DNA from: Negativicutes bacterium | GTDB taxonomy: Bacteria > Bacillota > Negativicutes > UBA1444 | Assembly (NCBI GenBank): GCA_963665275.2 | Contig: CAXXIN010000016.1 | Span: 128,001-192,000, forward strand | Length of the DNA: 64,000 nt | Direction: 5' to 3' | Part shown: piece after piece, positions 10,545 through 20,799 of the stretch | Numbering within the stretch: the first letter of the stretch is position 1 | How the letters are laid out: every line of letters begins with the position of its first letter | Position numbers and translations under genes: made by a program | The notes under the pieces: model-generated | What the model was told of the DNA's origin: nothing | The model's database searches: none | What the model saw: the letters and a program-made list of their open reading frames with translations, nothing else

Positions 10545-12065
10545 ATGCATGATGGACGCCTTTTGACCTGGCGGGCGGCAGCTCTGGCAATTGTACTGAT
10601 AGTGGGCCAATGTTTTCCGTTGTTTGCGGCTTCGCCTACCGTATATGATTTTCGGCTGACGCAAGGAGTTGCGAAACTTTCTGCGATCAAAGCGTACGTT
10701 GATATAATAGGCGCGGGGGATGTGCCGGTAAAAGGCTTGCAAATGGAAGGGTTGAAGGCTCAAATCGGAGCAATGCCGGTAAAGGTGACCAACATTGTTC
10801 CGTTTGAGGATGCTAAAGAAGGAATCGGTTATGTTTTACTGGTCGATGTCTCCAAATCCCTGTCAGCGGCGCAGTTTTCCCTGATGCAAGAAACCCTCGC
10901 CGCATTTGTTGATGCGATGTCGGATCTTGACCAGGCGGCGCTGGTTACCTTCGGCAGCGAAGTGAAGCTTATTCAGGATTTTTCGCCGAACCGTGGAAAA
11001 ATCAAGGAAAAAATTGCTTCAATTGCCCCATCCGAAGACGAAACCGCTTTTTATGGAGGTCTGGACAAGGCGATTACGGTGGCTAGGGCCGGTAGTGCGG
11101 AAGTCCCGGCTCGCCGGGTTGTGATCACGCTTACTGATGGGGTCAACGATTTAACAGGGGGTGTTACTAAAGGAGATATTTCGGCCAAGTTATCGACTGA
11201 CCCGGTTCCCTTGTATTTGGTCGGATACGTGCAGGGAAAACCAACACCGGAGGAAGAAAGCGCCATTGGCATTATGAAGGGTTTTGCCAGTCAATCGGGT
11301 GGACGTTTCTATGATGGTCGTGGTGGAGCCTGGCGCGGAATTTATTTCGCCGTTACGCGTTCCATTCGCAGCTCTTTTGTGGTTGAATTGGATGCAACAG
11401 GATTTCGTTCGGAAGGGGCAGTGTATCCTTTAGAACTGTCTCTGTTGGCAGCCAACCGGACTTGGACGTCAAAACTGCAACTGACGGTGCCCGCAGGGGG
11501 TACTCCTGCTGCACCGCATGGAGAATCCACCCCGGCAGCGCAACAGAAGACGGGACAGAATAACCCGGATGCAAATGTGTGGCTGTATGTAGGAATCGTT
11601 GTTGCGTTAACTGGAATCGGATGGTTTTGGACCCGGCGACGTTCCGCAGTGAAGAGCTTCGGCAGGGACGCCGATGTTGCTTCGCCGATGCAGCGAGTTC
11701 AATCTTTCGCCGATGCGAGGAATCCGCTTCCCGTGGGCGAGACCCCGGAACTCCCGGGAGTGCTTACGCGTTTGACGCGCATTCACGAAGGTCCGCCGCC
11801 GCATCAATTTGAGCTGGAAATTGTCGATCGGGTTATCCTCGGCCGTGATCCAGCGGTGAGCCAGCTGGTCTTTGAACATGATGAAACCATATCGCCATCG
11901 CATTGTGAAATTCTTTTTGAAAATGGATTCCTGTATGTGCAAGATTTGGAATCGGCACAGGGCACTTTTCTTAACGGGATGCCTCTGACAACCCGCCGGC
12001 GGATTGAAGAAGCTGATGTGTTGAGGATCGGTCAAATAGAGATGAGAATTACTTTTCCGAGCTGA
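10545..12065 (+). CDS. Signal peptide-vWA-TM-FHA membrane protein
   Basis: MIDAS DVSKS...T..LTDG; TM VWLYVGIVVALTGIGWFW followed by RRR; C-terminal FHA (LGRD...ISPSHC...SAQGTFLNG). Confidence 0.85.
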   Translation: MHDGRLLTWRAAALAIVLIVGQCFPLFAASPTVYDFRLTQGVAKLSAIKAYVDIIGAGDVPVKGLQMEGLKAQIGAMPVKVTNIVPFEDAKEGIGYVLLVDVSKSLSAAQFSLMQETLAAFVDAMSDLDQAALVTFGSEVKLIQDFSPNRGKIKEKIASIAPSEDETAFYGGLDKAITVARAGSAEVPARRVVITLTDGVNDLTGGVTKGDISAKLSTDPVPLYLVGYVQGKPTPEEESAIGIMKGFASQSGGRFYDGRGGAWRGIYFAVTRSIRSSFVVELDATGFRSEGAVYPLELSLLAANRTWTSKLQLTVPAGGTPAAPHGESTPAAQQKTGQNNPDANVWLYVGIVVALTGIGWFWTRRRSAVKSFGRDADVASPMQRVQSFADARNPLPVGETPELPGVLTRLTRIHEGPPPHQFELEIVDRVILGRDPAVSQLVFEHDETISPSHCEILFENGFLYVQDLESAQGTFLNGMPLTTRRRIEEADVLRIGQIEMRITFPS

Positions 12066-12138
12066 TGGTGAAAGGGTGTTGCTTCAGTGAATCAGGGAAG
12101 GTTAACCCGAACGGACTAAAAATTGGAAGGTGGTAAAA

Positions 12139-13478
12139 ATGTTGAAACAAAGAAAGGGAACACTGCATAAACCATGGTGTAAGTTCCTGGCATTGGCGTT
12201 GGCAATGGTTGTTATAGCGGTTACTGCAGTGCTACCGGTTGTTTCGGCGGCAGCCGAGGCCGATATCGAAACCATGAAAAATAGTTCCGTCCGGGTTCTG
12301 ATTACACAGGGTGGCAAACTACTGGGCAAAGGAAGCGGGTTTGTCATCGATGATGGAAAACACATCGTGACCAATTATCATGTTGTCGAAGCTGTTGAAA
12401 AAGAAGGGGCACAGGCGTGGGTAGCTCTCGGTCGGGGGCGTGATATGCTGCGGGCTCTGGAAATTCGGGCTACCTCTCAAGCCAACGATATTGCGGTGTT
12501 ATCAGTCGATCAGAAACTGGCCAAACCCAGCGTGAAGCTGGTTCGGCGCGATGACATAAAAGCCGCCGAGAGTGTTATTGCGGTTGGCTTTCCAGGCACC
12601 AGCGACCGAGTCGATGAAGATTGGCCGAATGCGCCGGCTACGCCTACTCCCGGTCAGGTCGTTCAGAAGCTGCGGCTCGGTGGGGGCGCACATATGATCC
12701 AAATAACTGCGGATATTAATCCTGGGGAATTCCGGAGGTCCAGTGTTCAATAGTCGCGGCTATGTCATCGGCATGTCCACATTGAAAGGCAGATCCTCTT
12801 CCCTGAACTATGCGGTTGATGCTGATGAAATCATGGAAGTTGTCAAACGGACGAATGCGGTAGCGGAATTAGCGCCCGCTGCCGGGGCGATAGCTGGCAG
12901 CAAAGATGCACCGGTGGCGCCGGTAGCCACTGAAACCAAGCCTGTACAGCAGCCCGCGCCTGAGCCTTTCTATCAGAATCCGATGTTTATCGGCGGGGCC
13001 GTAGTCGTTATCATTTTGATCGGCATTGCCGGATTCATGATGTCACGGAAAAAGAACTCGCCACAGCAAATGCAGATGCCTATGCAGCACCAGATGCCGC
13101 AGCAACAAATTCCACAGGGAATGCCGAGTGCGCCAAAGCCCACGGTAGCAGCTGCTGTTCACCACTCCACGGTCACCGGCGTCAGCGGTTTTTTTGCCGG
13201 CAAGACCATTTGAAATCCCCAGTGGACGGCCTATGCTTATCGGTAGGGATCCGCAACAGGCTCAACTGGTGTTTCCTGCCGACATGAGCGAAATCAGTCG
13301 GGTGCACTGCATTGTGACATTTGATGCTGCTACTCAGTCTTTCACGGTTGAAGACCGATCCACGAACGGAACCTTCTTCGTTAATGGGCAAAAGATCAAT
13401 GGGCAGGCGCGGTTGCGTTCCGGTGAGCGGTTCTATCTCAGTGAACCTACCCATCTGTTCGAGCTGCGCGCCGATTGA
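12139..13478 (+). pseudogene. Trypsin-like serine protease-TM-FHA protein, split by two +1 frameshifts (or sequencing errors)
   Basis: His VTNYHVV and Asp NDIAVL; removing one G at 12724-12727 restores INPGNSGGPVFN; removing one base near 13206-13208 joins GFFAGKT to FEIP...IGRD...ISRVHC...STNGTF (FHA). Confidence 0.85.
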
Positions 13479-14225
13479 AGATGCGAATGGATTCAGCCTG
13501 TCTGTCGAAGGGTTGGCGGGCGCAAGTCGAATCAGGATGCATATGGGGCTGAGAGCAACGAGGCCGGCGGGTGCTGGCTCGTTGCTGATGGCCTTGGCGG
13601 TCATGCGGGAGGGGAAGTTGCTTCACACATTGCTGTCGATCTTGTGCGGGCTCGTTTCCGCGAAGATTCGGCAGTATCGATGCAATTCGTTTCCGACTGC
13701 TTCCAAATAGTTCAGAGTGCGATTCGAGAAAAAGCTGCGGAAGATTTCAGCCTTTCGGGGATGCGGACAACGATGGTTTTGTTGGCCTGTAACCAAGCGA
13801 ACGCCGTATGGGGCCATGTTGGCGATTCACGGCTCTATTGGTTTCGCCAGGGGGCTCTCCTGCAACAGACCCGTGACCATAGTGTGCCGCAAATGCTTGT
13901 AGATGCAGGGAAAATCAGCCTACAGCAGATTCGGGGGCATGAGGATCAGAATCGCTTGACCCGTGCCTTGGGACAGGAAGGCGAGCTTCGTCCAACCCTT
14001 CTGGCGGAAAGCTTCCCAATTCAGGATGGAGACGCTGCCTTGCTTTGTAGTGATGGTGTCTGGACTTATGTGCTGGAGCCGGAAATGGAGGCTGATCTTT
14101 CGCTGTCACGTTCGGCAGAGGAGTGGCTGGAGCGATTGGAAGAGCGAATATTGCAGCGGGCAACGGGGCCCTATGACAACTACACCGCCATTGCGGTTTT
14201 GTTTCAAGGAGCAATCAAAACATGA
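13475..14225 (+). pseudogene. PP2C/PPM Ser/Thr phosphatase 1 with a +1 frameshift near the N-terminus
   Basis: Removing one G at 13510-13512 gives MRMDSACLSKVGGRKSNQD...VADGLGGHAGGEVAS...HVGDSRLY...LCSDG...DNYT. Confidence 0.85.
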
Positions 14226-15332
14226 CTGACAGGACAAACGCACCCTGCGGGGTGGTTCCCGGCAATGCGCAGCATATTGGCGCGCGTAGCGAACAGCAGG
14301 ATTCTTTCGGTTTTTCGGATTTTGACAATGCAGATTTCATCAAGCATGCCGGTATCCTGTCCGTAGTGGCTGATGGGATGGGCGGACTTGCCCTGGGCAA
14401 GGACTCCAGCGCGATCGCCGTGCAAACCTTTCTGGCAACTTATGCGGAAAAAGAGCCTGACGAGAAGATCACCGCAGTTCTTGACAAGAGTCTGCATAGC
14501 GCAAATCGGGCCGTCAACCGAAGGGCGGCGGAGGCAGGAGTAGAGGGAGAAGCCGGAACTACGCTGGTGGCAGTGGTGATCCACGAGGGGAAACTTTATT
14601 GGATCAGCGCTGGCGACAGCCGAATCTATTTGTTCCGGCAGGGACTCTTGCGTCAGCTTACGACCGACTACAACTACGGCCGAGTTCTTGATCGCATGGC
14701 GGAAAAAGGGGAAATCAGCCTCGGCGAGGCGGCGTCTCACCCGTCGCGTGCTGCCCTTACCAGTTATCTGGGCAAAGCGGAAGTGGATGAATATGATCGA
14801 CCGTCAGATTCCACGCTGGAGTTGTTGTCAGGTGATAAAGTGCTACTGGCCAGTGATGGGCTGTTCGGTTTTTTGCCGGAAGAAGATATTATCAGGTTGA
14901 TGGCATCCGAACCGCAGCATGCGGCTGAAGCGTTAGTTCAGGGAACGGTTGCCAGACAACTTCCCTATCAAGATAACGTAACGGTCGCTGTTTTGGGGGT
15001 ATGATCTACCGCTAGTACAAAATTTGGACCAGACGCAGACACGTAGGCAGGAACCGCAAAAAACAGCTGCAGCCAAGCCAACGCGAAAAGAACTCGTTGG
15101 CCGTGGCAAATGGATTAAGGCCGTTGGTCTCATCCTGGCCTTGGCGATAGCCGGTTTTTTCGGTGGACGTTATTTCGGCGCGCAAGGTCTGGCGCCGACA
15201 TCGTCCAAGCCTGTGGAAAATCCGACCGTCGAGGTTAGTCCGAAGAAGCCTGCCGAAAAGTCGGCAAATACGTCCGAGGACCCCCCGAAAAACGAGCCTT
15301 CAAAAGAATCTGGCAGTTCAGTGCCCCGGTGA
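14222..15332 (+). pseudogene. PP2C phosphatase 2 with TM and extracytoplasmic tail; catalytic domain intact (14222-15004), +1 frameshift before the tail
   Basis: R-x-x-QQD, VADGMGG, AGDSRIY, LASDG, DNVT; removing one G of G5 (14995-14999) reads VLGYDLPLVQNLDQ into ORF 15024-15332, which carries TM VGLILALAIAGFFGG. Confidence 0.8.
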
Positions 15333-15383
15333 TGGGGAAAAATTGAGGATGCTTTTATGCATACAGGAAAGGGGAATGAAAAC

Positions 15384-16049
15384 ATGGCCTTGATTCGTTG
15401 CCAACAGGGGCATTTCTATGATCCATCCCGACACAATGCGTGCCCATACTGCGGCAGTATGCCCGCTGGAGGAACCGGCGCCACAGAAGCTCAGCAGCAG
15501 CCGCCGATGCCGCCGCCTTTGGGCGGAGCTCCGTCTCCGGTAGGCGCAACGCGGCCGTTGCGTGATGTGCCGCAGCCAGTTATCGGGCCCACTGTGCCGC
15601 TTCGTCCGGCAGGCGTCCACCTGGGAGGCTCTCTCAAAGGGCCTGAGGAAGGCCGTACAGTGGCTGTTGACATGAAGAAAGTCGGGATTGATCCGGTGGT
15701 CGGCTGGCTGGTTTGTATCAAAGGACCTTCCCGAGGACGCGATTATCGCATTCGCAGTGGGCGGAACGGGATCGGACGGTCGGAAGCCATGGATGTTCAA
15801 ATCGCTGGAGATAATACAGTTTCCAGAGAGAATCACGCGTTCCTAGTCTACGAGCCTCGTAAACGCAGTTTCAGTATCCGCCCCGGCGATGGGAGGGGAC
15901 TGGTATATTTGAATGGGGATGAAGTCGTTCAGGCTTCCGACATCAAAGGGTATGACATTATAGAAATCGGAGAAACCCAACTGATGTTTGTACCGCTTTG
16001 TGGCGAAAAGTTTAACTGGGACCAGGGGAAAGAAGACGCGGCGGAATAA
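15384..16049 (+). CDS. Zn-ribbon plus FHA domain protein
   Basis: N-terminal CxxxH...CPYC, Pro-rich linker, PVVGWLVCIKGP..G, IGRS...VSRENH FHA; AAAGGGG RBS. Confidence 0.85.
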   Translation: MALIRCQQGHFYDPSRHNACPYCGSMPAGGTGATEAQQQPPMPPPLGGAPSPVGATRPLRDVPQPVIGPTVPLRPAGVHLGGSLKGPEEGRTVAVDMKKVGIDPVVGWLVCIKGPSRGRDYRIRSGRNGIGRSEAMDVQIAGDNTVSRENHAFLVYEPRKRSFSIRPGDGRGLVYLNGDEVVQASDIKGYDIIEIGETQLMFVPLCGEKFNWDQGKEDAAE

Positions 16050-16087
16050 TAGGACGCTGTTTGGAAAAACCAAGAGGAGTGTAGAGA

Positions 16088-17698
16088 TTGGGAACATGGG
16101 ATGCGCTATGTCCCGGGTGCTTTGCTGATAAAGGGAATGAGTCCGTCTGTCCATACTGCGGCTATGATGAGTCTGAACGACGCACCCCTTTGGTGTTGTC
16201 CTATCGCAGTGTTCTGAACGGACAATTTATCGTGGGCAAGGTGCTGGGGAAACCCGGTGGATTTGGCATTACATATCTCGGATGGGATATTAACCTTGCT
16301 ACGCTTGTCGCAGTCAAGGAGTATTTGCCGCGCGATTATGCCGGCCGAGATTCGGACCATGCCTCTGTTATGGCACATTCGCGCGAAGATGCGAGTTTGT
16401 TCCGCTTCGGTCTGGAGCAGTTCCTACAGGAAGCCCGTACATTGGCACGTTTCGATCATCCCAATGTTGTCAGGGTCCGCAGCTTTTTTGAACAGCACGG
16501 AACAGCCTACTTAGTCATGGACTATCTGCAAGGAGTGAATTTGGCGGAATATCTTCTTGCCATGGGCGGTCGCCTGACAGAACAGCAGGCTTGTGAGATT
16601 ATGATGCCGATCCTTGGCGGGTTGCAGGAAGTCCATGCAAAGGGATTCCTGCACCGAGATATCAAGCCGCAGAACATCTATGTTACGTCGTCCGGTAGAC
16701 CGATTTTGCTGGATTTTGGGGCAGCGCGCCAAGCAATGGGAGAACGCAGCCGCAGTCTCTCCGTCGTTCTAACCCCCGGTTTTTCACCGTATGAGCAATA
16801 TCACCGACGCGGTGAGCAAGGCCCTTGGACTGATATTTATGCGCTCGCGGCCACTTATTACTATCTGCTGACCGGGCATGCGCCGCCGGATGCGCCGGAA
16901 CGCGTTGCCATTGATGAGTTGGCGCCGCTAAATTCTTTGGTTCCTGGCATCTCGCCCGGTTTGAACGCGGCGATTATGCAGTCTCTTTCACTGGAGGCTG
17001 GCGCACGGCCGCAAGATGTTTTCATATTTCGCGGTCTAGTTAATGGGCAAATCGCACCAGCCATCCCCGCAGCTCCCTCTATTCCAAGCACGCCGCCGCC
17101 CCTGCCGCAGGCTATTACAACGGGGTTTTCTGCTCCTGGTTCACCCATCCTGGCAACTCCTCCTCTATCGGTGCAACCTTCTGTCGCGAAGGCTGCATCA
17201 ACGCCGCAACCCAATGTTTATTCGCCTCCGTCGCCAGTTCCTAACCGCGCCTATTCTCCACCGCCGCCCCCCCCTATGCCGGCGGACAGCAAACGACAGT
17301 CTTCGTCCGGGATAGGGCTTGTTGTGGGAGGCCTTGTTTTAGCCTTAGCAGTGGCAGGATGGTATTTCTTTGGAGGAACGAGTAAAGATAAACAGGCTTC
17401 GCCAGCTCCTGCATCAAAGCAAACTACCGCTCCCGCTTCGAACGTAGCCCCGCTTCCGTCAGAACAACCTACAAAGACTCAGCCTATAGCGCCGGCTCAA
17501 CCGGTTACGACAGATAAACCGGCGGTAGCTGTTCCTTCAAAGCCTGGCGAAGTAGATAAAACTCCATCAGAAGTATCTCCCGCTCCATCGGAGACGCCGG
17601 CTGCTCCGAGGCAGCAACCGGCAGTACGCACTCAGCCTCCCGCTGACAAACCGGCCACCCCCACTCCACCCAAAAGAGATAAAGGGTCGCTATGGTAA
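16088..17698 (+). CDS. Hanks-type Ser/Thr protein kinase: Zn ribbon-kinase-Pro-rich-TM-Pro-rich tail
   Basis: CPGC/CPYC, GGFGITY, AVKE, HRDIKPQN, DFG, SPYEQ, TDIY; TM IGLVVGGLVLALAVAGWYFF; TTG start after GAGGAG. Confidence 0.92.
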   Translation: MGTWDALCPGCFADKGNESVCPYCGYDESERRTPLVLSYRSVLNGQFIVGKVLGKPGGFGITYLGWDINLATLVAVKEYLPRDYAGRDSDHASVMAHSREDASLFRFGLEQFLQEARTLARFDHPNVVRVRSFFEQHGTAYLVMDYLQGVNLAEYLLAMGGRLTEQQACEIMMPILGGLQEVHAKGFLHRDIKPQNIYVTSSGRPILLDFGAARQAMGERSRSLSVVLTPGFSPYEQYHRRGEQGPWTDIYALAATYYYLLTGHAPPDAPERVAIDELAPLNSLVPGISPGLNAAIMQSLSLEAGARPQDVFIFRGLVNGQIAPAIPAAPSIPSTPPPLPQAITTGFSAPGSPILATPPLSVQPSVAKAASTPQPNVYSPPSPVPNRAYSPPPPPPMPADSKRQSSSGIGLVVGGLVLALAVAGWYFFGGTSKDKQASPAPASKQTTAPASNVAPLPSEQPTKTQPIAPAQPVTTDKPAVAVPSKPGEVDKTPSEVSPAPSETPAAPRQQPAVRTQPPADKPATPTPPKRDKGSLW

Positions 17699-17739
17699 TT
17701 GAAATCGACAGGAGCAGCAATGAAAGGAGAGGTACGGGA

Positions 17740-18156
17740 ATGAAGTGGACAAGAAAGTTCGGGACAAAAGTGTTTTTGGCGTGCATGATTGGAATTTTTG
17801 CGATCAGCGGAACCGCTGCGGCTGACCCAGTGGTGTGGATGGGACCATCAGGAACTGGAGGTTGGAATGGATTCATGCAAGTGATCATGCAGCAGGATTA
17901 TCGTCTCCAGATGTCCAATGGGAATCCTTACTGGAATACGCTGATGCTGCCTGTAGGGGAGTCTTCACTATCAAGCGGCACATCTTCCTATATGGGAATG
18001 CCAGCCTTTGGATTTTGCGCCGCTCCCGGCCAGTGCTATATGGTGCTGGTACAGCGGCCTTTATCATACAGTTCCATGGCGTGTCCTCCGGTTCCACCGG
18101 CGGCTCCGGGGCCCAATACCCCCAACCAGTCAGGCAAACCCACTTCACTCTGGTAG
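17740..18156 (+). CDS. Small secreted hypothetical protein (Met/Pro/Gly-rich, three Cys after the signal peptide)
   Basis: AGGAGAGG RBS, signal peptide ending TAAA-DP, operonic position. Confidence 0.65.
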   Translation: MKWTRKFGTKVFLACMIGIFAISGTAAADPVVWMGPSGTGGWNGFMQVIMQQDYRLQMSNGNPYWNTLMLPVGESSLSSGTSSYMGMPAFGFCAAPGQCYMVLVQRPLSYSSMACPPVPPAAPGPNTPNQSGKPTSLW

Positions 18157-18193
18157 ATCAAAGAACCCATATGAGAAAGGAAGGATTTTAAGG

Positions 18194-19141
18194 ATGAAAC
18201 GAGGCATGGCGGCAGTTCTCTTCGTATGCATGGTTGCATTGGTATCCCTGATTCCGATTACAGCGCTGGCTGCGCCAGATATGCAGGCTGGGAACGCAAC
18301 AGGTGGACTTCGTTACACCGTTTCTGTGGCTAAGTTTGAAAATCGGGCTGGCTACCATGGCCAATGGGATATCGGCGACGGCTGGGGTATCGTCATGACT
18401 GACATTCTCAACCAGACTGGCAAATTCATCGTGCTAGGTGAGACCGATATGCGCAAGGAAGCAATGGCTGAGCAGGATATTGCGGCGGCCGGCCGCACGG
18501 CCCAGGGGGCGATTACTCCCGGTATGGGCAATATGACGCCAGCGCAGATCTTGGTTAAAGGCGCCATTACCCACGTTGCAAACAATACGAGCGGCGGTGG
18601 CGGCGGGGTCTCTTTCGGCGGAGTTTCACTAGGTGGCGCAAGTGCCAATTCCCAGGTTAATGTCACCATGTATATGGTTCACACTTCAACCGGCCAGATC
18701 TTGGCTTCAAAAAGCGTCGTAGGCAAGTCCAACAAGTCCGGCGGATTCGTCGGATATTCCGGTAACGGTTGGGGCGCAGGCGCTGGCGGCTTCAAAAGCG
18801 ACAACGTTGGCAAGGCCGTCGAAAATGCCGTCCAGCAGGGCGTTCAATGGATGATCGAGCAGTTGCCGAAGATCACCTGGCGGGGCAATGTTGTCATGGT
18901 CAGAGACGGTAATGTCTATATTAACCGTGGCACCCGCGAAGGCGTCAGTGAAGGCATGAGTTTCGTGGTGGGAACGGCTGAAGCACTTCGGGATCCCAGC
19001 ACAGGCGAAGTACTGGATGTTAGCTTCAACACGCTGGCGAACCTCACCGTCACTTCGGTGAAGGAGAAGATCTCTATCGCCACGGTGAATAACGGCAACG
19101 TTGATCAGATCGAAAAAGGAATGTTCGTGCAACTGCCCTAA
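18194..19141 (+). CDS. CsgG/HfaB-family protein with FlgT-like C-terminal domain
   Basis: Signal peptide; VSVAKFEN, TGKFIVL, AQILVKGAIT, TGQILAS; C-terminal VYINRG..EGV..G...DPSTGEVL. Confidence 0.8.
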   Translation: MKRGMAAVLFVCMVALVSLIPITALAAPDMQAGNATGGLRYTVSVAKFENRAGYHGQWDIGDGWGIVMTDILNQTGKFIVLGETDMRKEAMAEQDIAAAGRTAQGAITPGMGNMTPAQILVKGAITHVANNTSGGGGGVSFGGVSLGGASANSQVNVTMYMVHTSTGQILASKSVVGKSNKSGGFVGYSGNGWGAGAGGFKSDNVGKAVENAVQQGVQWMIEQLPKITWRGNVVMVRDGNVYINRGTREGVSEGMSFVVGTAEALRDPSTGEVLDVSFNTLANLTVTSVKEKISIATVNNGNVDQIEKGMFVQLP

Positions 19142-19243
19142 GGGCGATCAAAAAAGAAGCTCCCGGCATTGGTGATGTGATATGCTCCCCTAAAGGTAGA
19201 CAGGTTAAATAATAAAACCTACTACCGAAGGGGGAGCTTTTTC

Positions 19244-19921
19244 GTGCCCAAAATACGCCAATACAGTGCTGCTGAAAAACTTTCCATATTGAAAGAACTT
19301 GATACGAGTTCGACTATAAATATTGCTAACAAGTACGATCTTAACCAATCCACCATAACCGATTGGCTTCATCGGTATGAAGTGTATGGATATAAGGGTT
19401 TAGAAATTCGGGCCCATAATAAAAGCTATTCTGCCGATCTTAAAATTCAAGCGGTTCAGGACTATCTTTCCGGAAATGGCTCATTACGTCAAATCATTGA
19501 TAAGTATAAAATAACCAACAAGAAACAGCTCAGGAACTGGATCAAAAAGTATAATAGTCATAGCAGCATTAAATCCAACGAAGGTGGAGGAACGTACGCT
19601 ATGACTAAGGGCCGGGTTACAACTTGGCAAGAGCGAATTGACACTGTTCTATACTGTCTTGCTCACAACTACGATTACTTAAACACCGCCAAAAACTTTC
19701 AGGTTTCCTACCCGCAGGTTTACCAATGGGTAAAGAAGTATGAAGAAGGTGGAGAAGATGCATTAAAAGATGGCCGAGGGCGAAAACGAACAGTAGAAGA
19801 ATTAAGTGATACGGATAGGCAAAAGCTTGCGGTAAAGAAACTTGAGTCTGAAAATGAGCGCCTCAGAGCGGAGAACGCTCTATTAAAAAAGTTACAGGAA
19901 CTCGAAGGGAGGCGATTTTAA
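19244..19921 (+). CDS. IS3 transposase OrfA (multiple HTH, C-terminal leucine zipper)
   Basis: Repeated HTH (W..KY) motifs, LESENERLRAENALLKK; A-AAA-AAG -1 slip site at 19885-19891. Confidence 0.9.
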   Translation: MPKIRQYSAAEKLSILKELDTSSTINIANKYDLNQSTITDWLHRYEVYGYKGLEIRAHNKSYSADLKIQAVQDYLSGNGSLRQIIDKYKITNKKQLRNWIKKYNSHSSIKSNEGGGTYAMTKGRVTTWQERIDTVLYCLAHNYDYLNTAKNFQVSYPQVYQWVKKYEEGGEDALKDGRGRKRTVEELSDTDRQKLAVKKLESENERLRAENALLKKLQELEGRRF

Positions 19922-20799
19922 GTCAAGTCCGGCAAGAAAAAATCTACCTGGCAATCCAGGCAGTGCAACAAGAACACCATTTTAGTATCAATTTGCTTTG
20001 TCAAATTGCAGAGATTCCTCGTTCGAGCTATTACAAATGGTTAAACCGCCCCGTGAGTCCCCGTGAGCAGGAGAACGGCCAGCTCATGAAAGAGATGATC
20101 TTTCTCTACGAGAAAATTGAGGGCATTTATGGGTACCGCCAATTAACCATCCATCTGCGGCGACGAAACGATCAGCGAATTAACCATAAGCGGATCTATC
20201 GTCTGATGAGGGTGGCAGGAATCCAATCCGTTATTCGGCGGAAGAAAAAGAAATATGTGAAGTCAACGCCACAGCAAATTGCTGAAAATCTCTTGAATCG
20301 CAAGTTCATCGCAGCACAGTCCAATGAAAAATGGTTGACCGACGTGACAGAGTTTAAATATGGAGACGGCCACAAAGCCTATCTTAGCGCTATTTTGGAC
20401 TTACATGACAAATCCATTGTTGCCTATGCGTTAAGCCATTCCAATAATAATAACCTTGTTTTCAACACATTGGATTTAGCATTTAAAGCTGCCCCGGGCA
20501 GTTCGCCGATGATTCACAGCGACCGAGGTTTTCAATATACCTCGTGGGAGTTTAAGAAACGATTAGATGCTCATGGTTTGACACAGAGTATGTCGCGAGT
20601 CGGGAAGTGCATTGACAATGGCCCTATGGAAGGATTCTGGGGAACACTCAAGTGTGAAAAATATTACCTGCACAAATACCAAACCTATGAAGCCCTTGAG
20701 AAAGACATTGATCACTACATTTATTTTTACAATTATGAACGATTGCAGGCAAAATTAAACAGCCTCAGTCCGATGGAAGTCCGGACCAAGGCTGCCTAA
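19891..20799 (+). CDS. IS3 transposase OrfB (rve DDE integrase core), expressed by -1 frameshift
   Basis: WLTDVT, IHSDRGFQY, SRVGKCIDNGPMEGFWGTLK; frame is open back to the A6G motif. Confidence 0.92.
   Translation, partial: VTGTRREAILSQVRQEKIYLAIQAVQQEHHFSINLLCQIAEIPRSSYYKWLNRPVSPREQENGQLMKEMIFLYEKIEGIYGYRQLTIHLRRRNDQRINHKRIYRLMRVAGIQSVIRRKKKKYVKSTPQQIAENLLNRKFIAAQSNEKWLTDVTEFKYGDGHKAYLSAILDLHDKSIVAYALSHSNNNNLVFNTLDLAFKAAPGSSPMIHSDRGFQYTSWEFKKRLDAHGLTQSMSRVGKCIDNGPMEGFWGTLKCEKYYLHKYQTYEALEKDIDHYIYFYNYERLQAKLNSLSPMEVRTKAA

Noticed and set aside
15024-15332. Independent small membrane protein
   Set aside because: No RBS; better explained as the frameshifted tail of PP2C phosphatase 2
10545-19141. 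Type VI secretion (Fha/PpkA/PppA) or curli operon
   Set aside because: No tss, hcp, vgrG or csgA/B/E/F genes in the window
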